53,210 bases of DNA from Hyphochytrium catenoides (lineage: Eukaryota > Protista > Hyphochytriomycota), in assembly GCA_900088475.1 (NCBI GenBank), contig FLMG01004328.1, positions 1 to 53,210 on the forward strand, in the 5' to 3' direction. The first letter of the stretch is position 1. Each line of letters starts with the position of its first letter. The notes below the pieces were generated by a model. It was not told the origin of the DNA and did not search any database. It was given only the letters and a program-made list of their open reading frames with translations. This document shows positions 32,848 through 44,762 of the stretch, piece after piece. Position numbers and translations under genes: made by a program.

Positions 32848-33477
32848 ACACACACAGACAACACCCGACACGGTCCTCAAAGAGGATAATCCATAAATCA
32901 GGGATCTCCGATGAATCGGCAGGTCTCCGTTTCCTGCTGTCTCTCCCTTTCTGCCGCCATTCCCTCTTCTGCCAGAACCAGCGTGTCTCTTTCATGGTGA
33001 TAGCTCCATGTCCTCCTTCTATAGACTTTAGGCTTTCTGTTCTTTCCCATGACTCTAACATTTCTCTGCTCACCATAACCTTTCGTCACTTCTGATGATG
33101 ATGGATATCTCTCTCTCTCTTTCTTTCTCTCTCTCTTCCTCCTTCTTCCCCCTCTCTTTCTCGTTCCACTCTCTCTGTCCTCCCTCTTTTGCTTTTGTCT
33201 CTCTCTGTCTCTCGTCCCTGTGCGCCCCTGCCTCTCTCTCTATCATCATCATCAGAACAGCCAGGACTGCAAGCTTTTATAAAGAAGATCATGCAGATCA
33301 TGGTTTCTGGTAGAGGAAAGAGTTGAGAGATGATAACGGCCGTGCACCTGCAGGATCGCTTCTCTTGCTTCTCATGCAGCCGCTGATCAGAGTGATCATA
33401 TGACTCGGAACTGGCTCTCTCTCTCCTTCTATCCAGGTGTCTTTTCCCTTACTTGTACGACCTCCTTCCTCCGTTTG

Positions 33478-33745
33478 CTCTCTCTCTCTCTCAGTCTCAC
33501 TCTCTCTTTCTCTCTCTCTCAGTCTCACTCTCTCTTTCTCTCTCTCGTCCAGTGAGTCTCTCTCTCTCTGTTCTCTCTCTCTCAGTCTCTCTCTCTTTCC
33601 TCTTCTCTCAGTCAGATTCTCTTTTTTCTGTCTCTCTCTCAGTCACTCTCTCTCTCTTTCCTCTCTCTCTCGGTCGGTCTGTCTTTCTCTCTCTCTCCAC
33701 TTGTCTCTGACTCTCACACTCTCTTTCCTGTCTCTCTCTCTCTTT
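33478..33745. repeat. compound (CT)n tract punctuated by recurring CAGT units
   Basis: Repeated ctctctcagt(c) motifs embedded in CT runs. Confidence 0.85.
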
Positions 33746-36156
33746 CTGCCTCCATCGCTCTGCTTATTTCACTGGCTTTGCTATCCTAAAAGAACTCAAC
33801 CCGTGCGTACAGTCTGTGCTGGGCTGGCCGGGCGGGCACGTGCCCCTTCCGCCCTTCTTCCGCACTTATCGTGCCCACCGACCAGAAAGATCATGACGGA
33901 TTGTAGTTTGTTACAGGGAAGATAGTAACCTAAGTAGGTTTAGGCCGCTCACGCACCTTTAGTCAACATAAAGGGCGCACATATCTGCTTCTTGGCAAAT
34001 TGTCAGCATAATGACTATTATAGACGAGACCGGTGCACACTCCACTTTCCTGAGGACGTGCGCAGAAGCCTGTTCTACTCTATTATCTGAGAGTAGGGGG
34101 GACAAGGGGGAATTTGAGATGAATCTAGAACCAAATTACACCTTGCTAAAAGCCCCTTTCTTTAGAAAGGAGAACCGACGGTTCCTAGACCTAAATATAG
34201 TGGTGTCTTTTATTATGAGAGATGGAGCTAATAAACTGATTAGCATCACAAAGACGACTTACCCTGTCTTATTATAATTGGCATTGCATTTTAGAACTGA
34301 AGCAGCCATAATCTTATAGAGCGACCAATCAAGGGTGGATTTAGGGATTTAGACGCAGAGTAGCAAAAACCTTTTCCAGGTTTGGGTAAGGCTTTACATA
34401 AGAGAATGTTAGGAAATGTACTATATAATTTTAGGCGCAGGGTCTGCATTGGGTAGCGGGCACGTGTCTCCTGATTCGATCGCAGTCGGGGCCGCAGCAG
34501 ACCAGCAGAAGACAAAAGATCATCTTTCTTTTCCCTCGTGGTGGAGCTCTCAGATCTCTGTCTCTCTCTTCTTCTGGATGATCTCTGTCTTCCCGATAAC
34601 TAAGGATCGAGCCACACAATGAGGATGAGCAGCAAAGCGAGATAGTAGGTTCATACTCTCGCCTTGGTCCTCTATGGGCTGGGCTATAGCTGTCGGTCTG
34701 GGAAGGAAGAACGGCTCATCCCTCCTCCTCCTGCTTATCTGCCTCGCTCTGACACGGAGCATGCATGTAGGTTGAGGCTCTAACAGGTCTGCTTGCTTGT
34801 CGCGTATCTCCCTCAGGTTGCGCGGCGGGGAGAGCGGGAGTAGGAAAGATGGATGAGAGAAGGGTAAGAAAGGCACGCGCAGCTCGGTGTCCCCCTTTCT
34901 TCTCTTGATGAGTCTTCTGGTGAGCATCGCAGCCGATCGGCGGCACGCGCAGATAGTGTCGCGTGCCCTCTCAGTCTTCTCCGTACCTATCATGCTGGTT
35001 CCTGCCTTGCCTTGGCTTGCCATCCCACACCAAGCGCAAGCAGGAACGGTGAAGAAGAGCCAAAGTCGAGGGGAGAAGAAGAAAGAAGGCAAGGGAGGGA
35101 GAGAGAGAGACGGAACGACGAGATAGAATATCTCCTCTGCTTTGTTGCGACATTAGCCTACTATCTATAAGGGCTAGCTAAAGATCCTTCTTTGCACAGT
35201 ACTGCCTGCCCCCTTTTGTTCCACGGCCTCTCCCTCTGTCTAGAGAGTTCGCTCGCCTATCTTTTCCTCCCGATAAGCCACGCGCCTCCTGCACTAGAAA
35301 CTGAGTCTCTGCCGCTGGCTTCTTCTTCCTCATCGTTCACGTATTATTGTCAAAGACTCCATCTTGCTGCTGCGCGTGGCCGTTTTCAACTTACGACCAA
35401 AGCCAAGTGACCAGGATTGGCTTCCATTGTAGAACATGCGAGAGAAACCTACCGCGTCCTCGAGGAAGACACAGTCAGATCAATAGCCACCAGGGAACGG
35501 AAAGAAAAGACACTAGAGCAGGAGGGGAAGAGTGTGGGCAGCGAGAGACAACTAGTAGTGGCACAAAGGCACGAGTCGGTAGGATATGCGTACGGAACCT
35601 GAAGAACCCTCCGGAGGAGCATGAGACAATCAGTTGAACCGCCTGCTCGCTGTCCTTTCCCTCGTCTTCATCTAGTCGTCCCTGCCCGATTTCACTTTCT
35701 TGTGAGGACAGCTAGCCTAGTAGGAGGTAATCCATAATAGCAGCTAACCAAGAATCTATCATCATGGTACAGGCACTTGGATCCTCAAGACGGACTCTGT
35801 CTGTCCCTTCGCTTGGTGTCTCTTGTGAGATTTCCTCCCGCCGTAAAATATAAATCTATTCTTCTTAACGTGAGCTTGGTAGCGGGATGAGTTCAGTGTC
35901 AGCCGTTTAAAGCATCAATCAGTCACTTCTCAACTTTCTCCTGACCTATCATGCCCAGCTGCTCACTGCTTGGGCTAGACAAGAGGATTAGGACTGAACA
36001 GTCTCAAATTTAAGATTTTTCTTTTCTTAGCCTTCAGAATTCTATCCTCCTCCCTGCATTGTTTCTCATAAGCGGTGGTGTGGCCTGTCAAGAAGGAGAT
36101 ACTAAGCTGACCACATCCAGAAGATTGCCTGGTAGGGAAAAGGACGAAATAGCAGA

Positions 36157-37254
36157 ATGTCAGACTCTAAAGCATCCGCGATGGCTCCCGTCAACCTGCG
36201 AGAGCAAGGAGGACGAAAGGCTCCAACGATGAACCTTGCCACCCCTTCTTCCTCGTCTTCTCCCTCTCTCTTTTCCCTAAAGTCCGCAGCACAGCTAGGG
36301 GCTGACACTGTGGCTGCCGCTGTAGCCTCCCTCCTAGTCTCTCCGTTCATCACTGTCATCGATCGTGCCATCATAGAAAATGCATCAGGAAAGGTGCAGA
36401 TGTGGCCAGCAATTAGACAGTACGGAAGGAGCTTCTTCTCTTCTCCCTTGCGCTTCATGACCAGAAAAGAGTTTGGACTCGTCTTCGGTCTCTACTTCGC
36501 AACGTATGCGACCGCCAACTATGTTGATACAGTCTGTGAGAAACTCGAGAAGGACCCCATGGTGCCTAAGTTTATCGGCACATCCTTCGTCAATGTCGGT
36601 CTCGTCCTTGTCAAGGATCGGGCCTTCACAAGGATGTTCGGTGTGGGTCCTCCCAAACCGTTGCCGATGATAACCTATGGTCTCTTCGCCATCAGAGACT
36701 CGTTGACCAACGTTGCGTCCTTCTCTTGCCCGGCGCTGCTGAGCTCAAAGCTTCAAAACTCAATGGAATTGTCTAGCAAAACTTCAGATACTGCGGCGCA
36801 GCTCATCTCTCCGTCTGCTGTGCAGTTCATATCGACGCCGCTTCATCTCATTGGCGTAGAGTTCTATAACAATGCAAAGAGCAGTGTGGGCTCTCATCTC
36901 TCTCTCATTAGAAGAGAATATTGGCGCTCTCTTGCTGCCAGAGTCGGGCGCATCGGACCTGCTTTCGGATTTGGAGGCCTAGGAAACAATCATGTAAGGT
37001 CCAAGCTAAGACACGTCTTTGAGAACCTCGACGGCGCCTTCTTCTCCCCTTCTGCCAAACCTATCTGGTCTCCCTCTACTCCTGCAGCAGCAGTCGTGAG
37101 TCCCCCGCTCTCAGCTGTAGGCTCCAATGGGTTAGCTTCAGTGGCAGCATTGGCTGGTAGTGCGGCTCCCGGACGAAGGGCCTTAGGGTCAGGGATGGTG
37201 AAGACTCTTCAGTGTCTTTCAGCGGATGAACAAAGCTCGTCATCTATGCGGTGA
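36157..37254 (+). CDS. divergent mitochondrial-carrier-like membrane protein (family of S. pombe SPBC365.16-like proteins of fungi and protists)
   Basis: Intact 365-aa ORF with ASLLVSPFITVIDRAIIENASG, LYFATYATAN, KDRAFTRMFG, YGLFAIRDSLT..ASF, AQLISPSAVQFISTPLHLIG and RVGRIGPAFGFGGLGN. These match my recollection of this family. It has three paired hydrophobic segments with degenerate carrier-signature prolines. Confidence 0.75.
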   Translation: MSDSKASAMAPVNLREQGGRKAPTMNLATPSSSSSPSLFSLKSAAQLGADTVAAAVASLLVSPFITVIDRAIIENASGKVQMWPAIRQYGRSFFSSPLRFMTRKEFGLVFGLYFATYATANYVDTVCEKLEKDPMVPKFIGTSFVNVGLVLVKDRAFTRMFGVGPPKPLPMITYGLFAIRDSLTNVASFSCPALLSSKLQNSMELSSKTSDTAAQLISPSAVQFISTPLHLIGVEFYNNAKSSVGSHLSLIRREYWRSLAARVGRIGPAFGFGGLGNNHVRSKLRHVFENLDGAFFSPSAKPIWSPSTPAAAVVSPPLSAVGSNGLASVAALAGSAAPGRRALGSGMVKTLQCLSADEQSSSSMR

Positions 37255-38724
37255 ATGGACCACAGTGCCACTGACAAGCTACTACCCGAACTGGTCGGAA
37301 GAGTACTATATGTTACCGTGACCTGTTATCTCTATCTCTGTCCTGATCTCTCCATCTCTCTGTTTCTTCCTCTCCCTCAAGTTGCAGCCTACTAATCTGA
37401 GCTGAGCCTTCGTTCGGTGTCGTCTTCAAGAAGAGCGATAACGTGGTGGTCGTTGCATCTCCTCCTTCCTCTCCATACCTTTAAAGGTATTGTCGTCTTT
37501 GTACTATTAGCAGTAGTTAATGTGCCTCCTATGGCAGCGGTGATAAGTTGGCTCTATAGTTTCTGGTGAAGGCGTCAACCGGCCGCTTTATAATAGGAAA
37601 GGCTAAGTCTATAATAGAAGTTTACTATGAGAGACTGTGGCTGTCTGCCTCCGCGAAGAAGAAGCTTATCTGATAGACCGGCACCTCCTCGTGGCCGTGA
37701 CGGCGAATGATGAACGGCGGCTAATAATGAACAACAACTTCCTTCTTCTTCCTTCTTCTTCCCTGCTGGATCTCCACCTTTCTTTGAACTTAGGTTCACT
37801 GCTTTTCTTCCTTCTCCGTCATGCAGAACGCAGGCTGTGGGCACGTCTCCATATTTCGGGCCTCTCGCCATCATCTCTGGAAGAGAGAGGAGGAAGGACC
37901 AGCAGAGAGACGGAAAACGAGACCTTTCGAGCAGAAAGAGCCCTTCCTTCTTCTTGTCGTCTCCTTTGCTGTTCATTGTGCTTCATCCTCCTCCTCAACT
38001 AACATCAGCCATTCTGCCTCTTCTTCCGCTGCCATTGCCGGCGGTCCATCATGAAGCTTCATCCCTGCTGCTGCTGCTGCTGCTGCTGCACTTCCAGTTA
38101 CGAGTCAGTCTCCTCCAACAGCCACCGCCGCGCGCCGCCATCCACCATGACCTTTCGCCCGCCGTCTCATCTCTCCTGACCGCTCGCATGTCCTAAGAGA
38201 AGCAAGAAGAGAAGCAAGAAGATAACAGAGAGAGAGAGAGAGAAGAGAGAGGAGGGAGAGAGAGAGACATAGGTTATACAGGGAGAGATATTACAGAGAG
38301 AGAAGAGACAGAAGGAGAGAGACAGAGAGAGGGAGGAGGAAGAAAAGAGACAATCCACTCCTTGTGTCTTCCGCCTCTCCTCCTTGTCCCCCTTCTGCTT
38401 CCTCCCGTCGAGAATGTGCTCAAGGAGAGGATGGAAAACATTCACGGCCACGGAACTTTGGGCAGTAAGAACCTTCATTCCCACCCACTCTGGGCGCTGA
38501 TCTGTGTTTTATAGAACTTCAGCTTGGAATAAACTAACCCACCCGCCGTACAGAGTTCTTTTGGTTCCCGTTCTTTTCTCTTCTCAGTCTTCCCTCTCAC
38601 TCTTCTTCCCCCTCTCTTCTCTGTTTTCTCTCTCTCTCTTCTCTCTCTGTCTTCCCTCTCATTCAATTTTCTTCCCCTCTTTCTCTCTGCTTTCTCTCTC
38701 TCTTTTCTCTCTCAATCTTCTTTC

Positions 38725-38763
<39 letters not shown>

Positions 38764-39949
38764 CTCTGTCTCTCGCTCTCTCCCCCACCTCCTCCCTCTC
38801 CTGTCTCCCTCTTTGTCTTTCCAATAGTACTAGGAGAAACATTCTTAAGGACCAATACTTTGGGCCTTAGCGAGAAGAGAGAAGAGAGTCGTCTTTTGTG
38901 CCTGTCATTGAGCGTGATGGCGGCGCTGCGAGGAAGGATGGAAGGCAGACGGTGGGACAAGGAGAAAGGCCCCACATCTCTCCTCCTCTCTCCTCTTCCT
39001 CTTCCATATAGCAGATAAATCTTTCTCTTGCCTCTTTTCATTCCTCTTGACCTTTTTTCTTAGTCATGCTTCTCCTCTGTCTAGTGCAAACAACATCACA
39101 CACGAATCCTCTGTCTCGCTGAATTCTCTCTCTGTCTCCTCTTGCTGTTGGTGCATCAGTGCCTCACAAGACGGGGAACATCGTCGTGCCGAAGATCTGT
39201 CTTTTTACTCTTCTTTCTTGTCCTCCCCTGTCCTGCTAGGGGCACATCGTCTGGCCTGTGAGTGCACCGTCTCAAGGCCAGCGGCACCGCTTTCCTCGCT
39301 CTTCTGCCATAACAGAGAAGCGCCTTACAAAAGGGAGAGAGACTGACTCTGAGAGAGAAAAGAGACAGCTGAAGATGGAGGGAAAAAGAGAGGGGAAGAG
39401 AGAGAGAAAGAGAGAGAGAGGGGGAAGAGGTGTGAGAGAGAGAAGGGAAGTAATAAAGAAGAGTAAACCGAGGGACCAACAACACGGCAATTATCACAAT
39501 CAGAATTGCACTGGCACGTCAGTAGCGCTTCACTTTTGCTTCGCGGTCGCCCGCTCTTATAACGCTTCATAATCTAGGTCAACCAAACCTTCCTTCCCTG
39601 CCGTCGTGTCTCTCTGATCAACTCTCTTTCCGTCCTCCTCCTAGGTTTAGGTACTCTTCCTCCTCTCTCATCAACAGGCGACACAGATTGTAAGGAGCTA
39701 GCGCCTTTGAAGGATCCGAAGACGACGGAGAATTCAATCAAAACAGAAGCTTCATCATCACCAACGAAAGGTTCCTTCAGAAGCTTAAGCATTGACCAGT
39801 GCTCACTCGCCAGACAGAACATTGATTCTCAAGGCTTATTCATCAGACATCCCTCATTGGACTGTGCTTACTAGTAGGGCAGAGAAGAATCGTGTCAGCG
39901 GTGGTAGCACAGGCGGCGCTATCTATCACGGAAGAGCCCAAAGAACGAG

Positions 39950-41053
39950 ATGGGAAGAATGAGATTTCTTCCCTCTTATCGTGTGGTTCTCTTCCTGCTC
40001 TTTGCCCTCTCTCTTCAGAAGCACGGCTGTGAAGCAGAGGACAAGAGAAGAGCTGAGGAGGAACTTGCCGTGCAAGGCGTTGAGGAGATAGCCGCTGCGG
40101 TACCTGCAGTGCAATTACCCGTGAAAGGAGAGAAACAAGAAGGAGGAGGGCTTCTTCCATTTCTAGAAGGCGAGACGTTAGGCTACGAGGATTTACTGGT
40201 CAATCCCTCACTGTCTTTCCCTGCTCTTGCCGCTATGGCAGCAGGAGATGGTGGAGCAGGCGCGAGCTTATCAAGGAAGTTCTTCTTTATCAATGCCTGC
40301 TTCCGGCCCGTCGACCTCTATTTGGCCTACTACCCGTCCGATCCTTCCCTCGCGCCCGCGCCTACACCGACCAACGCTCCATCTAACGGAGAGCCTTCCC
40401 CTTCATCAGCGTCTCCTACTTCTCCTCCTGTGTCTGCTTCTCTCCGCGTTTACGACGCCTATTGGAAGCTCGCGGCCAACGAAAGCTTGGATCCTCCGCT
40501 TCCTCTCGGGGAAGTGGGCGGCAAGAGGCTTATTGAAGCTTCTGTCAATCTTACTGAAGCCTTCTTCTATGCGGAGACTGTCCCTAAAGAGTTTGTCTGG
40601 GCAGGTTCAACAAAGCAAGAAGGAGAAAAAGCAGGAAAGAATGTGACACTGCAAAATGGTGTCTCACTGTATATGAGGAAGATCCTTGCGGCTCCTCTCC
40701 TGCATTCCTCGGCTGATGGATCTCCTGCTTCACTCTCTCCATCCTTCCTAGACTTCTACGTAGAACTGCGCTGTGATCGGACGGCAGTCAACTCGTCCGC
40801 TCCAGGAGGCAATGGAACTAAAGAAGGAGAGGAGAACACGACGCAGCCCCCGTTTGTCTCTCCCCCTCGGGTTGATCCCGATAACTCTGGCACAATGAAG
40901 CCTGGACTGAATTTAACGCCTTCAGCACCGCCAGCAGCACCTCCATCCTCACCTGCCGCTTCGTCTGCCACAATGAACGTCCAGTGCGTAGGAGTCCTGA
41001 TTCTTGCGGTTGTGGTCTCTTCCATAATGGAGTCGCTCTTTTCTTTCTCATAG
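39950..41053 (+). CDS. secreted, probably GPI-anchored protein with a DUF1036-like domain
   Basis: Intact 367-aa ORF. Signal peptide (VVLFLLFALSLQKHGCEA). Core FINACFRPVDLYLAYY...YWKLAANE...FFYAET...VWAG...VELRC resembles the DUF1036 pattern. Several NxS/T sequons, a Pro/Ser stalk, then small residues (AASSA) and a terminal hydrophobic tail with no charged cytosolic tail. The CDS is well supported; the domain call is tentative. Confidence 0.7.
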   Translation: MGRMRFLPSYRVVLFLLFALSLQKHGCEAEDKRRAEEELAVQGVEEIAAAVPAVQLPVKGEKQEGGGLLPFLEGETLGYEDLLVNPSLSFPALAAMAAGDGGAGASLSRKFFFINACFRPVDLYLAYYPSDPSLAPAPTPTNAPSNGEPSPSSASPTSPPVSASLRVYDAYWKLAANESLDPPLPLGEVGGKRLIEASVNLTEAFFYAETVPKEFVWAGSTKQEGEKAGKNVTLQNGVSLYMRKILAAPLLHSSADGSPASLSPSFLDFYVELRCDRTAVNSSAPGGNGTKEGEENTTQPPFVSPPRVDPDNSGTMKPGLNLTPSAPPAAPPSSPAASSATMNVQCVGVLILAVVVSSIMESLFSFS

Positions 41054-44000
41054 TGATCTCTAATAAGAAAAGAGAGCCATGGAGGTGCAAGGATTTTTTC
41101 CTGCTGTTGAGGAGAAAGACTAAGGAGGGATTGATGCGGGCAAGTAGGAAGGAAGGATTATCATCATAGCACCATTCACAAAAAGCCCTGGGTGTAAAAT
41201 GACAGGCGGCGTGCATGGAGTATGCGGCATTATCTAATCAATAGACAAGTTTTCTGAACGAATAGCAGTCTGTTCACTATAGATAGAGGAGGTTCAGTCT
41301 GAGTTCTTGTCTGTTGTTGGAGCTGATTAGTTGCCCTGCTGGACTTTGAATGGGCAGCTCCAGCTGTTGTTGGTCTTTTATGGATACATTATCTTAGTGT
41401 GTACCTCTTGGCTTGCTGGACTTCTGCTGCTGTTGTTTTGAACCAAGTTGGGGTTCGTCTACCTTTCAAGGCCGGGCTTCTCCTTCCTGCAGGTTGGCTC
41501 ATTCATGAACAAGAGGCTGATATTCGCTCTCTCTTACTTGTCGATAGGAACCATTTAGGCTACTCTCCGAGGCTTTCTACTAGGCAACTCGTCCTCCTCT
41601 AGTACTTTTTTTGGCTGCGCTATGATATGTTATTACTCGTCAGCTTCAGTCAGACAAAGAGTCAGGCAACCAAGCAAACAGCTTTGCTAGAGCCCTGAAA
41701 GAACAGTTCTCTTCATCACCAAGTCTGCTGGAAGGGCATGATTTCTACGAGCTTCTTGCAGAAAAAAGAGATGGAAAGGCCAATGTGGGCTGATAGAGGA
41801 AGAGCGATATGAGAGCACGAGCGAGTAGACGGCTAGCAGGGTCGAGAGTGCTCTGAATCCAATAGGTCCGGCTTGCTGAAGGGAACTGGTAGAACTAGAG
41901 TTGCTCCATAGAAAGCGGTTGAGGAAAAAACTGCTTCTCCTTATTCCCTCCTCCTCTTGGCCATACCGTCTTTCCTTCTCGTTCTTCCAGTCAGCGCAGT
42001 CAGACCGCGTCTCATCATCAGCTCGCTAAAGGTAACGAAGTACCGGTTCCCAACTCTTCCGATCCTCAAGAAGCAATGCAGCAAGGTAATACGAGGCCGC
42101 TAATGATGAGAAGAAGGACTAACAGAGCCCAACAACACCATGACAGGGAAGGGGGAGTACAAGTCGAGGTTGCTTTATAACGTTCAAGTGGTGTGTGGAG
42201 CTGCTGGTGGCGTCTCGCTGAGCAGGCCATTGAACCCAGGTATTGGAAGGACAAGCCAGATGATGGGGCCAGAACTTCGGGGTTTTGCCGGAATCTGGCC
42301 CCACCAACGTGTGGGCAGATAGGCATGCTGCATGACTGAGGAGCCGCTCCTCCCCCCCGTGTGACTCTCCACAGAACGTGCTGTTCAAAAACCCTTTCCA
42401 CTCACAGCTTCAGCGATCTATCCCGCCGTCTGCTGGTTTCCCCAAAGGGAGAACAACTGCTGATTATGATGATGAAGCTCCAAGGTATCTTCTTGTCACC
42501 TGCAACCAAGGTATTCAAAAGTCCAGGAAGAAGCCAAGCGGCTGATGTTAGCAAGTTGATGCCAGATACTCTCTGCTGGCCTCACATCCGCACCTCTAGT
42601 GCGTTCTCCCGGCCCTGGTCATGCTGCTGGATAATTATCTGCCTTCTGTACTACTCCGTACTTCTTCTTGCCGCTTGCAAGCTTCTGGTAAGACAACTGC
42701 ACGACTAGTCTATCAACAGGGTGAGAGAGATTGCGAAGAGTTACCTGGTAAGGTGCTAGACCTCATCCTCCCTGCCCTTGTCCGGACACTCTTCGTTCTT
42801 TCTCGCTCCTCCATGCCAGTGATGGGAACGATATTCAATCCATTCTGACCATACCCTGATATCTATAAACGTGCTGAATACCTCCCTTACTCCACTGTCC
42901 AGGAGGAAAGATGTATAGGTGCTCGTTTAGTTGAAGCTTCGCACTTCAGGATTGGTCAGCACTTCTTGTGAGCTTTGCTTCAAGAGCAGTTGTTGGGTGC
43001 TGCTATTAGCTGCCGCACGCGTACAGTAGAAGGCGAACGCAACTCTTCTCCCCCCTCATCATTCTTCATCCAGGCGGCTGCTGCCCAGTCTAGTCAGAGA
43101 GGGAAAGACGGTACGAATGAAGCTCCAGAAACTGACGGTTTGACAACCATAGCCAAGGCAACCGGTGGATGTCTTCTTTCTTAGGAGGGTAAGTGCAAGA
43201 CAACAGCCCTTTGTGAGGAGGGTGTACCTGCAAATCGAATCACTTATGAACGCTAGCAATGGGCTCATTCCAGGTGGTGGTGGTCTTGCTTGGCCTGCTT
43301 CTTCCTTGACCGAGGGAGGTGCTGAGGCTCGGCGGGTGGCTGCATCTACCTACTACTTCTTCTGTCATCATGAGGAGTCTGTCCACGACGATTCAGACCA
43401 TAGTCCAAACCTGAGTTGGTCTTCTTTCTCTTTCTGTTCAGTGAGTGCACATCCAGAGCAGGACTTCAGCATGTTTGGTGTGATCAGTCAGAGTGTGAGT
43501 GAGGGGAAACCTTCGTATCGAAACATTTCAAGCCTCACTCTTCTCAGTCTAAGATTCTTAAGCAATCTTCCTCTCAAAATTGAAAAATTCCCTTGTGGGG
43601 GGGTTACAGCGCCATCCAAGTACAGTGACCAGGAGAGGGGGAGGAGGTTCCCAGTCTGCCCGTCTGTCTATTCTGTCTGTCTCGCCCGACTGTGGGGCTT
43701 TATCTTAGGGAAATAGTGTGGAGGGTGGCCGTCTCTCTAGTTATATATTGGACTGCAATGGACTTACTACAGGGGCCACGGCTGGAGGAGGATGACGCTT
43801 CTTCGTTCCTCTCAGCCTGTTTGCCCTTCAAGAGGAAGAGAGAGAGTACGGAGGATAAGCAAGCGCACGCAAGGCTGTGTATCTTCCTCCGAGACCAGAT
43901 ACTAAATATCCGTTCTCTATGTCATATTCTAGCTTGGCGCTGCTTTCATCTCTTCTCTGCTCGCTTTCCTTCTTCTGCTTGCTGCCTCATTCCCCTCCTC

Positions 44001-44762
44001 AATCTCTCTCGGCCAATCCTCTGCACTTCTTCGCCTTGTTCGTCCTGCAAGGCTTAAGAAGTGAGACCCGAGGTGCTATCTTAGCAGTATCTTGAGCTTT
44101 ATCTTCTAATGGTCTTGCAGCCAGAAGTGATGGTAGTACACTGGGCCCAAAGTGGTCAGCAAAGGTCAAGAGGAAGAGGACCGCTGAAAATTTTGAGCTC
44201 ATAAATGAAGAAGAACGCATCCTGGCAAGACGATCGTTCCTAGAAGGACGAAGGCCTCTCTCTTCTCTCTCTCTCTCTCTGTGTGTCATACATACTCTTT
44301 GCCTGACTACACTGGACACAAACTCTATCCCCTACTGGGAGACCTGAAGTTGTCCACTGTTCTTTTCTTTGTGCCTTCCTCGGACGTATACACTGGGCAG
44401 TCTGTTTCCGACGACACCTGCCTCCTCAAGACCGACTCTCTCTTTCTCGTTCTCCTGCCATAGAAGAACAAGAAGAGGTGTGAAGCGTTGCTGGCTAATG
44501 CCGCTAGGCCGAAGAAGCAGCACGCGATCCTGGTGATCGTCACGAGTCTCTCAAGTCCGCTGCTTATTGTCATTCTCAAATTTCCAGCCTTCAAGCCATC
44601 TGCCCAGGAGAAAACACACCTCTTTTCTCCAGCAGGGCCTCAAACCATCCTCCTTCCATCCCTTCAGGAAGAGGCCTTTCAACGATCCCTTTTCTTTTTA
44701 TTAGATAAACTATCGCAGGACATTGACTTTTTCTGCAGCCTCATCTCTACGACTTTCGAAGG

